From Pelomyxa schiedti (Eukaryota; Protista; Evosea), in contig JAHLWZ010000800.1 of the NCBI GenBank assembly GCA_020536535.1, positions 80,699-144,698 on the forward strand: DNA of 64,000 nucleotides, given 5' to 3'. Below are positions 1 through 12,471 of the stretch, piece by piece. Position numbers and translations under genes: made by a program. Every line of letters begins with the position of its first letter. The stretch's first letter is position 1. The notes under the pieces are model-generated. The model searched no databases. It was given only the letters and a program-made list of their open reading frames with translations, and was not told the DNA's origin.

Positions 1-38
1 TACATGAGGTGCCAAAATTTTTTGATAGGGTTGTAGTA

Positions 39-2373
39 TTAGGGGAGTTGGGGTGTGGTACCTGCTGTGGCTTTACAAGTCACATCTGTGGGTGTGTCAT
101 GTGTTGGAGGAGGTGAAGTACATGGTGGGGTTGGCGATGGAGTTTTACTGATCCTCTCAGGTGTTGGTGATGGTGGGGGGGTGTGTGAATGTAGTGTGAT
201 GAAGCTTCCCTCCGAACTTGTTGCTGTGGTGGCAGTGGTATTCGGTGTTGGTGATTGTGGCGGTGGTGAGGTTGACGGTGAGGGAGGGAGTGAGGAGAAG
301 GGTGCGGAGAGTGAAATCGAGGTGCTGGGTGAGCGGGGTGACAATCGGGGGCTTGGGGTGGAGTCGTGTGTTTTGGCACCAAAGAACAGCGATGCGTGTA
401 TGTCGTCTCGGGTACTGGCAGATATGTTGATCTCCTGGGTCGATTTTAGTGAAACTTTAATGCCACAACAAGTCTCTAGCACACATTTTTTGCCTCCTCG
501 TCGATATATAGAAAATACAGCCGTATAACTTCCATTTTCAATGCTATCTAAGCAACCCCATTAGTCTGTTGATAGATGAAAAAAAAAAAAAAATACTGGA
601 TCAGACTGCAGTTTGCTAAGCGCTTTCACTGCAAGTATAAACGCCAGGTCTATTTTGATTGTTGTTCTTGTGGTTATTGTAAAGAAACACGATTACTTTC
701 AGCAGCATATTCGGCCTCAAGCCACTGTTGAAATGACGCCAACAGTACGGGAGACTTCAGCAGCAACGGTAAACCTATGAGGGGCAGAACAGTAATAGTC
801 AATACATGGCAGCACTTTACCTGTGACCTTTTGATTTTTTAGGTGTGCCCACTTAGGAAGCAAGTCACTCTCAATAAGGTAAGTCGTTTCAGTCACTGCT
901 TTATCAAAGACATGTTCGGAGATTATTTTGTGGTCTGTAGAAGAGCTAGAAAGGGATGCTTTCTTTTCCAATATTCAATACTGGTGGAGGGTTGATTGAC
1001 TTACAATTATTTTGCTTGTGGATGTTCCGAAATCTACGTTTTGAATGCAGGATGCACTGTCAGAAGCCCCTAAAGGATGTATGTCATGATCCAACTTTAC
1101 ATGGAATAGCACACTTCTCTTCTTCAAAAATCCAGAACTGGCTATTCGTCGTAGGGTACCAAGTTTTGACTGTGATGTGGGCTGGGAAGGAACTTCTTGT
1201 CTAGATTTCAAGTCTCGTTCTTGCCAAGCAATAAAGGATTGCCGTACGCCATTTGCATCATCCCCAGGAGCTTTGCAACTAGTTTGTGAGTCTGGGATTT
1301 GTAATGGCAAATCACCTGGTTGAATTTTTGGAGATGATGGTGGTGTCCTTTCTGGTGTGTGATGTCCTGATGGTGTGGTGGCGGCTGAGTCTGTGGAAAC
1401 CGGAACTTCGGGGCTTTCGCTTCCAGTTTTTGATTGCTGCACCTATCTTAAAACCAAGATTGATATAAGCACATTGAGGATACCATGATGTCCTTTTTAT
1501 GCCAAAACGCAAAGGCACTTGACACTTTTTCCTCTTGGGTATGGCTAGTGAGTCCCATCAATGATGTTCCTATAACACTGTGTGTCCTCGCGTGGCGGCT
1601 CTTTGGTATTGAAACATCAATACACCAATCATCAGCTGATGTGGCTGCTGCTGTTACAATGTCACATTCACTCGAGGGGATATTGCTGCCACTTAAACCA
1701 GTATCGGTTACCACTATCACAGGGTGGGAAGCTTTCACTATGCCGGAATGTGAATGTTGCGAGAGGGAGAACTCACGAGCATAATGTGAAGGTGGAGGTG
1801 AAGTTGCAGGGGAGGTGATTCCATCCAATGGTGGAGGTGCAGACGTTCCCCTCGCAGAGCGTGGGGGAGACTTGCTGTGTGTATGGGTGTGAGAATGCCG
1901 AGAACGTGGTGTGTGAAGTGAAGTCCCTCTGTGAGATGTTTTTTAATGGTAAGTCAATAATGAGGAAAAGGTAACCCTAACCCTTCTTCCTTATCAATAC
2001 TATGTTATTTGGCTTGTGTTTGGGGAAAAAACAAAAAAAAAAAAAAGGAGAAAAGGCACACTTGCATGCACTCTCTGGTGTTAAGTGCAAGTGGGGCCGC
2101 GAATGTAAATGATGGGAAGAGACAACAGGAGACAGCGGGCCTCCAGTGGGTTTGCTGGAGTGTAAGATTTAAGTTGGATTGGTGCTCAGTAGCCTAGCCC
2201 CAAGAAAAACAAAAAAAAAAAACCACAACAAGTTGGGTGTGTTTTGTTGGGACACGGGTGTCCCAATACGGACTGGCCAAACACAAGAACTACCTCGGGA
2301 CGGGGTCTCCTTCAGAAAGTCTGAAGGGGGAGGCTGATCTGCTCAGCTGTCGTTCGTTTTCGTCGTCAGCCAT
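39..2373 (-). CDS. Spliced Ser/Pro/Thr-rich protein with a probable RGS-like domain
   Basis: Consecutive minus-strand ORFs joined by GT-AG introns, starting at MADDENERQ (2373). After removing a 42-nt intron near 960-1001, the segment QNVDFGTSTSKII..VFDKAVTETTYLIESDLLPKW resembles the RGS C-terminal helices (vNid..FdeAq.ei..lme.D..prF). Confidence 0.45.
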
Positions 2374-2560
2374 CGCAGAACCAACCTTTTGATTCCTCAG
2401 ATCGTTCGCAGAAAAAGAAGTGTCTGATAATTTCTCTGTGGAAGACTGACGATTCGAATCCACTTCGTCCAAATGGGTTCATGCTAGAATGGTGCCTCTG
2501 GGTTCCTTTCAGGGGTTCGCCGATCGCACCAAGTTACCTCAAAAATCAAAAAACCGACGA

Positions 2561-3161
2561 ATGGCCACCATTTATTTCTCCGAGCCTGAGGGGCAATACG
2601 CCTGCTTCTCTAATTTTTACGAGGTGGATTTCGTGCTTGACGGGAAATCATGGACTAGCACCGAGGTCAACAGCCGTTTTTTTTTGTTTCTTTCTGCTTT
2701 TACCAACAAAACCCTAAGGCTTATTTTCAAGCGCATAAATTCACAACTCCAGAGTATCAAGAGCAGGTTAGTACAATGTACTGGCAGGTTTTTTTCTCAA
2801 TTTTTCCCCAGATAAGGAGGTCAGACCCTGGCACCGCCAAAACACTGGGGTCACAAAGAAGACCAGATTACAGGAAGGACTGGGATGATGTGCGCAATGA
2901 ATACATGAAAGGGGGAATACGTGCCAAGTTCCAGCAGCACCCTGATTTGGCCGCTATCCTTCTATCTACTGGTGATTCCCCAATAGCAGGTAGCCATTTA
3001 TCTCTCTTATCCTTATGGCATTCAAACTTCACTAATTTTCATAATAATAATAAAAAGAACGTGCACCATATGATGCTTATTGGGGAGATGGACCTGATGG
3101 AAAGGGGAAAAACATGCTTGGGAAAATTTTGCAGGAACTAAGGACCGAACTGAGGGGATAA
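2561..3161 (+). CDS. ybiA: NADAR / YbiA-family N-glycosidase (3 introns)
   Basis: Spliced product MATIYF..YACFSNFY..WTSTEAYFQAHKF..AKTLGS..RKDWDDVR..IRAKFQQHPDLAAILLSTGD..ERAPYDAYWGDGPDGKGKNMLGKILQELR carries the family motifs. Confidence 0.92.
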
Positions 3162-3210
3162 ATAGAATTCATTTTGAGTTTGCCAAAAAAGTGGATTCTT
3201 GATTTTGACC

Positions 3211-6200
3211 TTAGTGTGAGTTCGCACTAATTCTTTGGGTTTGGGTGTCGTAGTACAGCCAGAGCTGTTTCATAAAGGAATTATTTGGGCACACAATTGG
3301 CCTTACAGTTCTCAGATACTCCAGTGCCTTGTCTGGTGCGATGTTTTGCACAGCAATGAGATAGGCACAAGCAATTGTAGCACTACGAGACACTCCTGCA
3401 AAGCAGTGAACAAGACAACTGCCGCCACTCCGAACAGCCTCACTGATGAACTCCACACAGCTGGAAAATGACTGAGCCAGCTTCCTAGCCTGTAGTTCCT
3501 TGTCTTCATCTGCAGCATTCAAGATTTTGTAGCGGAAATCTTTTGGGAAGTAATAGTCGGGCATTACGGCAGCACAATTTAAAATATGTGTTATTCCTGT
3601 TGGTGTGTTAGACGAGGCCCGAAGTTTCTGTGTACCTTTCAGTTTAAGAGAACTTTTGCAGGATGCAGCCCTTATGTTTCCAATGTAAACATTAGGGCAA
3701 AACTCCTGGGCATAACACGAAAATTGAGAATCATTGATCTGGTGAAGCTTAAATTTTCGGGGTACTCAATGGAAAGAATACCTGAGGGACATCTTGAAGG
3801 TATTTTGGGACAACTATGATTGGATTCAGTGATACATCAAGTGGGGTCATTTTCCTCAAAGCACTAATGCCACAAGATGCAAGCGTATCTTGTGGTGGAG
3901 ACTCTGTTAGGTTTGCCTCCACAAGTGGATCAAACTCGGAAATGTCGTTTGAGTGGAAACTGACAGAGGAAAGTCCTGGGAAATAAAATTAGACAAGTAA
4001 AAGAAATAGGTATTAACCAACCTTGTAATGCTAAGGTTGCAATAATCTTTGTTGGGAACACACGAAATAAATTATGTGATAAATCCAGAGTAGTCAACGA
4101 GCATAGTTGGGTGATGGTTGTTGGAAGAGTTGTTAGCTTGTTGTTTTCCAGTAATAACTGCGTCAGGTTTTTGAGCCCACAGACGTGGCTTCCAAGCACA
4201 GCAATGGTGTTGTGCGACAAGTCCAGTTCACGCAACATTGTCAAGGAGAATATCTCACTGGGCAATTCTCTCAAATGGTTTCTCTGCAGATTAAGGATTG
4301 TTATACGAGATAGGCACTTAATTGCTGACGGTGGAATTTCCGTGATAAGATTTCCAGCTAGACTCACAAACTGGACAGAGGGTGGCATGCAGCAGAAGGA
4401 TTCATTTGTAAGTCGATTGTCGTTTAATTTGAGTGTATGAAGTGCTGTGTGAGTGCGAGAAATGTCAGGAAAATGTGAAAGTGAGTTTCCCCCAAGAACA
4501 AGGGTTCTCAGGTTTGTGGCAGAAACCACAATATCACATTCAGTGAGTTCATTACAGCACGCATTGAATTCACACAGGTTTGCAGCGAATGTCCGGAGGC
4601 CCTCCAGAGAGGTTAATTCGTTTGCTTGCATATTAAGTGACGTGAGTGCAGTGAGTTGTGATAGTTCATGTGGTATGGTTTTAAACGAAGCTCCTTTGAA
4701 GTTCAAAGATTTGAGGGAAGTCATGAGCAAAACTTCTGAAGGAATAGCGCAGATATCGGAAAAGGATAGATCCACAACTTTCATAGGATCCACAGTCTTT
4801 GGTTTCTTTGGTGGTTTTGTTTTTTCTATATGAAGTTACATTATACGATTTAGGAAATAACTGGGCAGACTTTTATTTGGGCCAACAGAGGGGTGAAACT
4901 CAGAGCGAACAACAAGTGTCATAGCCACGTTTCCTAACGCTATAAGGACTTCTTTTTAAGTGCAGGAAAAAAACCATATCCCCCGGTTCTTGTTAAACGT
5001 TCATGATAAGTAGTAAGATGGTGAGGCCCATCCTCAGTCCTGTCATGTATGAATTTCGAAAGATTGAATTAGGAAAGGAATACCGATACACAAAGAATTT
5101 CCACTTAGAATTGGAGTCATCTGGGCCTCGACTCAGGTGTATTGTTGAAAAGTTCTCCAATGTTGTATACGTTCCTGATGCATCATCCACGAATACTACG
5201 GCAGCGTAATGAAAATTGGGGGTATAAAGGCTATGTTATATCTTTAGGTTAAACAGAAGCACAACCAACACTTACTTGTGATCCAGGGGCACTTTCCGAT
5301 TCCACTGTTTGCTTAAAATGGCAGGAAAGGTAACCTAAAACGGGTGAGTTCGATTTTTTAACTTCCAAGTTGCGCAGACCAGTGCATCTCCAGCTTTTGG
5401 ACAAGCAAACTAAATAGAGATCAGTAGTTACTGAAAGTAGGTGTGCAAGGACCTCATTTATTCCAAATTTTCGAGAGAAATCACATAGACTTCCAGAGAT
5501 GTAATGACTCCCGTATAACCCCCACAATTCCTTAAGTTGCTCCGTCACACTACTTTGTATTGAAGCAGTTAAAGACTCCGGAGCAACTTCAACAGCCTCA
5601 CATGTGGGTGTGGGAGGCGCTGAAACTCGATGAAGGGAAGTAAGGTCAAATGAACGCAAAGTAGAAAGAAGATCCGCCCGAGAGGTGTCCTTTCCAACTG
5701 TATTTTTGCTACTTGGTGCTGGAGTGCATTTTTGCTGAGCAGATAACATAGACAAGAGGTCTTCTGAGGCAGTGTTCAACAAAGCACAACCCAAACGTTG
5801 GGCTAGATTCAAGTTTGTTTGTTGCCCAGTTTCCACTTGCGTCTCGTTGCTGGCCGCAATTGGAATAATGATGTCATTCAAAAATGGAACCGCCACACCA
5901 CAAATCGCGTCGCTGTCAAGCAAACCCCCGCCGCAAACAGCGGAGCACACCCGGGCGCAATCTGTCCATAGAACCATACGGGGTAGAGTTGCGTGCAAGC
6001 AACCAAGCCCGTCAGCTGCCGACGCACAAGCAGCCGCATGAGTGCTGTTGGCAGAATCTAGTGCAGCGTGGTACGTACTGAAGCGGGCCAGAGATTCCCG
6101 CAGCCTTGCTCTCCTCCCCCTCACCGTGCTTGCTGCCTCATTTTCCCCGCTCCTGATCGCCGACCCCGCAGACGCGCTGGCGGCGTTCGGCAGCCCAGTT

Positions 6201-6649
6201 TCCTGTGCCGAAGCCGAGACGGCAGCTGCGGCCGTGGATCTTGCTGGTGCGCCTTGGACGGCGGCGGCGCCGCAGTCGGTTGGCACCGAGAGCGAGGCGC
6301 CGCGCTTTCGTGTCGGCGACGGCCGCCACAGCGGCACTACGCGACACAAGTTTGTGGTTGTGTCGCCTTCAGATCTGCCGTTGTTGCTGCACGCGCAGCA
6401 CGCGAACGAGACCCTGGACCCCATGAAGTCCAGAGAACGCTGGCATCTACCCACGACCCCGCGGTCCACATACAACCCATCGTCGTCGCCGCTCGTTGGT
6501 TCGCTAAGTATCATCTCTCTCAGCCCCTTGGTTGTTTTTTTTAGTTTCTCTTTGTTGTTTAGGAACATTTCTCCTTGAAATGTCGCATTTCCAGAACTGG
6601 AAAGCCGACCTTTCTTTGAACGGTTAATTAGACGAGTAGATCTTGTCAT
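3211..6649 (-). CDS. Leucine-rich-repeat dual-specificity (MAP kinase) phosphatase with long N-terminal extension (Dictyostelium Mpl-like)
   Basis: LRR array at 3930-4793. DSP catalytic motif VHCFAGVSRSATI and AYLI..RPIVCPNNSF at 3211-3564. The 5249-6649 ORF ends at a GTAAGT donor and is probably spliced into the same gene; that join is less certain. Confidence 0.85.
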
Positions 6650-6797
6650 GACTGACGGTGGTGTTGCGTCCGTGGCCACTCCGGCGACAGTACGAGGAAT
6701 GTGTTGCGAGGCACATGAATCTTTGCCACCTGTACGTATTAGTACTACGAGATTTCTTTTTTTTTTTTTCTTTTTCCAGCCTGTGGCAACACCGTCG

Positions 6798-8789
6798 ATG
6801 GTGTCAATTTGTATTTTCTTGTTGGAACTTGTCTTTTTGTGAAATAACGACCAGTGCAGGGTTGCGTTGCAAATTTCGGAACTGGGGAATCAGGCGGGGT
6901 GGCGAAGGACAACTGGGCCGTTTTGGTTGCAGGAGAGCACTGGAAATTGGCCACTGGAGAAAGAATGATGGGAAGCAACCACTGCAGCCTGGAATGGGTT
7001 GGCTCAGCGTGCGTTTGGAATGTGATTTAGTACTCAATTGCTGATTTAAGTTGTACTTGAAGGTACGGGCAGATTGTGGACCACTATGGCAGAGACCACG
7101 TCATTGTAATAGCACAGCTGCAGGAAGTTGGCTTTCCTCTCCACACATGATTAAACCAAAAAACTTTTAACTTCTGGTTTTTCCCCAGACTATACAGTGG
7201 CTAAAGAATGCAATTGCCTCTGGATTACCACTCTTCTCCTCGACATTGTCTGTCGAAGAAAGCAAAGTGAGATGGCAGGCCAAAGTTTGTGATATAAGTA
7301 CTGGCTTTATCTCACCTTTCCAAGTTGGACAGACTATTTTACAATTGCAGAAGGTTGTATGATGATGGAGGTTCAGACTACGATGGCTTGGATGTGAATC
7401 CAGCTACGCTAATAGGAGTGCTCCTCGGCAACCCTATTAAACCTGGTACTATTTTTTCCATTAACCTCTCTTTCCAACACCCTTCCTATCTTTATAAGGG
7501 CACAGGGTTGTCCCACAATCATCACGTGGTAGCTTATTTCTTGCAATTTATTCTCATGGTTCCGATTGTACTGTTAGTGATGACCGTCAGAGAGAGATCG
7601 AAGCTACAATAATTTGTGACACTTGTGGTAGAAAACATGAGCCCAATATGCAATACGACCATTATCATTGCTCTCTTGTGTGCCCATCATTCAGTTTTCT
7701 TTCTGTAATATATTTTATAGGGAACAAGGGAATGGTATTTCCATATGCCACACCCTTCTCCTCCAAGTTTGTATGGTATACTCCTTTTTTTTCCTTCTTC
7801 AACTTATTTTACTCAAAGACCTTGGAATTTCGTTGCCAAGCCAAAGTCCCTATACGAAAGTTTTTTGGCAGCAGCTATTCCAAGTGTACCACCAGCTCAC
7901 TGCTCAAAATCCCCATCGCCCCATTATTGGCGTTATGAACTTCTGTATGAGTGGGGGGACAATCAAATTCTGGAATCGCCCCTCCTATAAGAAATATTGT
8001 AAAGTAGATTCTTGGCCTCTTTGTAATGCCTGCCGAGCCTTTTTATAATGCTGACGACTTCAAATTAGTCATCTGTTGCAGTAGCAAGGAAACAAAGTTT
8101 TCTACAACAGGAAGCTTATTTGAAGCATGGTTTCATTGCCTCTCGCGATTAATACGAGATGACACTTTAACTTTGGGAGACTTCTATGGCGAAGTGGTTT
8201 GTGTCACTCTGATCTAAGCAACCTCCAACTCTTGGCAGGAAAACACATACTGGGCTAATAATTCTGAGATTATAGTAGATACTGTATTACAACAGTGGAC
8301 GGTACCCCCTGAATTCTATGACCTAATTCAAAACTCTTTGCGCCTAATTGCAAGCAATCTTGCTCACATTGACGAAGCTCAATTGGTTTGAGCCTCCTTC
8401 TGATTTGATCAACCTAACTCGAGAGTAAAGAATTCTCTGCAAGAGTTGGTACAAAAAGCAGGCGTCACAAAACTCACAATGTGTTTACATTGCAAAAAAT
8501 TTACTGGTCAGAGAGACCAACAGGGGCTATGCTCCACATGCTTTAATGCAGCCAAGTCAGGCCAAATAACTTTCCCTACTCTGGAACCCGCTGAGGTATT
8601 ATTTACCTCCATATCATTGCCGTTCCTCACAGTAACCCACACATATTGACTCAGGCTGTTCCAGATGTGCTGGCAGTGATTAACGCAGCCAAGAACCCTG
8701 AGACTCAAGACTGTTCCCTGTGTGTACAGTATGGGGGCATTAGTCAAATACAAAACCTTCTTGTAAAAAATATCTTTGGTAACCACTAA
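6798..8789 (+). CDS. Peptidase C13 (legumain/GPI8-like, clan CD) cysteine protease with C-terminal A20-type zinc finger
   Basis: Spliced exons give NWAVLVAG (~6911), AYGQIVDHYGRDHVIVI, DYDGLDVNPATLIGVLLG, LFLAIYSHG (catalytic His, ~7555), GVMNFCMSGG (catalytic Cys, ~7944) and CLHCKKFTGQRDQQGLCSTCF (A20 finger, ~8480-8545). Confidence 0.8.
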
Positions 8790-8979
8790 TCCGTCACTAT
8801 CCCACAAAACAAGAGTGCAATAAAATGCTTGGCTTGCTATTTTTTCGTACCTACTGCTATTCTAAATTTAATTTGCTAAATTCTATTGCTCCTTCGCAAT
8901 TGCCGATCAATTAGCCCTAACGAGAGGCGAGTGACGCTGAAGGCAGTGGTGCGCGCCACTACGAAACGCAGAAACAATT

Positions 8980-11900
8980 ATGGGAATATTTAGCCTCGCT
9001 GTGTGCACTTCTCGTTCTCACAATCAAGAACCAGCAAACAAATTTGCCCCAAACCAACCTAACTGCCACGAAGAAACGCACATCGTCTCTGGGAAAAGTA
9101 GTAGACTTGAACGCAGTGAATAAAGGAGACGAAGTGAGCGTCGTTATTGATGGAGACTCGTTGGTGTATTGGGTATTCACTGAAGCTATTTTTGCTTTGG
9201 GTCCTGATTTTTGGGTCGCTGGCGGACAATATGACACGTGCGTTTGAAAATTTCCTTATTGGTTTTTTTTTGTCTTAGGGGTGAAATATAATCCAATCCT
9301 CCTTATATTGTTTGACTGAACTCAACTGACAAAGATTGCATACGATTATTACACAGTTAGTAAAAGCGTTTGCTAAAAGGAACATTCTTCTTCACGTAAT
9401 TTTCGATGGACCTGTTGTATCCTATGAAAAGGTATTACTCTGGTAGCGGTTTTTTCCAATAACACATTACCATAACAGGAGCTCACATTTAAGACACGAA
9501 GGAGCACTGAAATAAGAGCTGTTTCTAGTGTATGGCGCACTCTTCGTAATTCCATTCCTCTTCAAGCGGGATGCCCTGCAATTCCTCATTTATCAAAGGC
9601 ACTCCCTGTGTTAAGAAGAATTTCACACTTTGACACATGTTAGATGCAAATTTATTGGACCCTGAAAAGCTTAGGTGTGCCGACGTATGTTGCTCTCAGT
9701 GAAGGTGACAGAGATGTTGCACAATATTGCTTTTCGAGGTTAATTATCTTCTTGCATCTTTCCATCTTAATAAGCTAAGGCCAAAGTTACTCTATGGCGT
9801 TATTTCCCAAGTACTTTGCCCCGTTTCAAAGGTTCTCTGACAGTATTCCAGGACTCAGACTACCTTGTTTACAAAATACCCAATTACATCCCTTTTAATA
9901 GCCTGGTTTGTTCTTTCTTTCTCGTTGTATCTCCTCACTTTTTTGATAGAAATTTCATAGTTCTTCGTTGGTATGCAAAGTTATTTCTCCAAAAGAGGTT
10001 TCTGAAAATTACGGCATTCACGTTGATGTATGTAATCAACTTCCAGTGACAATTTCATGTACACCACAAAATAACAGCTACTTCCTGTTTGGGCCTGTAT
10101 GCTTGGAAATGATTACTTTGACCGAATCGCGTATGCCCTGCCCTTTGGTTTTTCTCCTTCATTGTTTATGGTTACAAGATCTCTTGGAATTGTGGGGTCA
10201 AGCCAATTTTTAGAGAAGGCCTGTCACTCTAAGAATCTACACCTCTCACAGAGAGAAATTGAAGAAATTGTTACTGCTGTTGCCAATAATTTCGCCAGTG
10301 GGCACGAAAAAGGTTATTTCAGTTTTATTTCAGACCTGTGGTCACTTGTAAATAGAGGGGTTCAAGCGCAAACTTTTTGCTGCTCTTATGCAGTACTATT
10401 ATGCCTCCAATTTGACAGTGGGAGAAAATGTTATTTCCCTCTACGAGGCGGAAGAGTGTTACCTATCCAAATGCACCCGAAGATTGCCACCAAAAACCCC
10501 TGAAACTGAAACAACACCAGTTAGTGATAGCAATGCGGTATGCGCATCCCCAGAAGGAAAAAATGTACCGTCAGAGGTGAATATTTTGCCTCAAGCTCCT
10601 TCCGAGTGCACTGTGCACTCGCAAGTAGTTGAATCCACCTCCAAGGATCAAACACCCCCAACTACTGTATCAGATTCCGCAGCTAGTCAGAGTACTGTCA
10701 CCAGTGCTCCTGTAATTTCACCATCAAAATCGAAGAAGAAAAAGTCAAAGAAAAAAAAATCAAATATGGACTTCTCATCTCACATAGACACAAAGCAGCA
10801 TGCTCCTCACATGTTGAATGTACCACACGGTAAGTGTGCACTTTCATTTACAATGTTAACATGCTGCAGAAATACTGGAAGTGCTGCCTAATACAATTTA
10901 CCTTAGAAGAACAGTTGAAGCTGCCTGCTTTCAAAGAGTATTTTGTCGTGTACTGAACCACAGTGAACATTCTCGTGTTCCCTCTCCCTGGCTTCTTACC
11001 CGACCTATAAGAAAGCGTCTTTATGGCGTGTTACTGCCACCAACTGGAAGTGTGTCCCTTAAAAAGAATATACCAATTCTCATTACAATGAAAAGAGCCG
11101 GTGGTTGAATGGTCACAGGATGCATCTGTAGAATATTCTTCTGCGTCTGTGCATCCTTATAAAGAAGTTCATGGCACACCTCTACCTCCCATTGGAGATA
11201 TTCTTGTGCTTCAGCCCACTGATTCAAAGCGCTTTTCTCTTTTTTGGTTACTGATGGGAGTCAAGTCCCCAAATGTTTCTATTCCCGGTCCACTTGATAA
11301 TGTGTGGCTCCTATGTGTATGCAGGTGTTACTATGAAAATCTGAGGAGGAAACATTTACCCTAACATGCAGTGTTCTGGTTTGTGCTATTTCATCCCTGT
11401 CGCAACCCCTTCTGTCAGAATGGGAATTTGATGCGTTGGTTTCTTATTTTGTATCACTGCATGAGTCTCCCGAGCCCTCAATTCCCATTACCAATGTCAG
11501 TAAACATGTATTTTAATTCCTCTGATGACACCTAATAGCTTCTGGTACATTTCATGGGTGACTACCAACAAAACGATACAAATCCTACCACCCTAGAAGT
11601 AGTAAGACCACCACACCTCAATGCACCTTTGAATAACAGTGATGATACAAGCAACCAGCACTATCACCACAACCCCCCATCACGCAGACACAAGAAAACC
11701 TCCACCATTCCCGTAGTTCAGCCACCCTACTTATCGTATTGCCTTACGGGGACATACCTTCCACTTCACAAGAAGTATTCACAACGCGATCAGCACCCCA
11801 CGCGGACAGTACTTACGCGAGCAGTTCACCTCCTCAATGTAGTGCAGGTCCTGTGTGACCAATGCTTAGAGATAATTCAACTGTGTTGGGCACCCACGGT

Positions 11901-12325
11901 TGTACCAGGGATGCCCGGACCTCACCAGTTGATCAATGGACTGGCCTGGCAGAAATCCTACCAAGAAAGGCTACTGGCACATTCGCTTGTATGCCACCTT
12001 TTTCTCCTTCACCCTTTTAACAGCTTCTCAGGGGACTGAGGCCGAACTTCCACTCTCAGCTGCCGCAAGAAATATCAAGAACCTAGTTCTCTCCTGCATC
12101 CCACAAGCACCAGTATTCCTACGGTACAGTTCATCAGACTATGATACCACAACTACAACTGCATCAACTTCCACTTCCACTTCAACTACAGCTACCACTT
12201 CTGATGAAGATAGCACAACAATTCAAGAACAAGAGCCCCAGCCCAGCAAACCAGAAGCTGAAGAAACGAACCAGCCGCAATTAGGAGAAACTCCACCCGC
12301 CGATCACTCACCCGAGGAACCTTGA
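8980..12325 (+). CDS. Asteroid/FAM120-like protein with XPG-type PIN nuclease domain
   Basis: MGIFSL start, then VVIDGDSLVY..GGQYD, VIFDG, SEGDRDVAQY, ISQDSDYLVY and CLGNDY, which are the XPG-N/XPG-I acidic motifs. Many introns. Confidence 0.8.
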
Positions 12326-12471
12326 GGCGAAACTTCCTCAGGGTTTGACACCACTTCCCTGCGTGGTCGGATTTGCGTCTGATCCGGGGTTTTGGTTCTT
12401 TCAATCAGACACTCACCCCCAGTTGCTAATTATCGGTACATTTTTTTTCATTTTTTTAATTAAAAACTGGA

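Noticed and set aside
972-977. In-frame TGA between ORFs 975-1442 and 717-971 (possible readthrough or selenocysteine)
   Set aside because: A 42-nt GTAAGT...AAAG intron removes the stop in frame, and other genes use standard stops.
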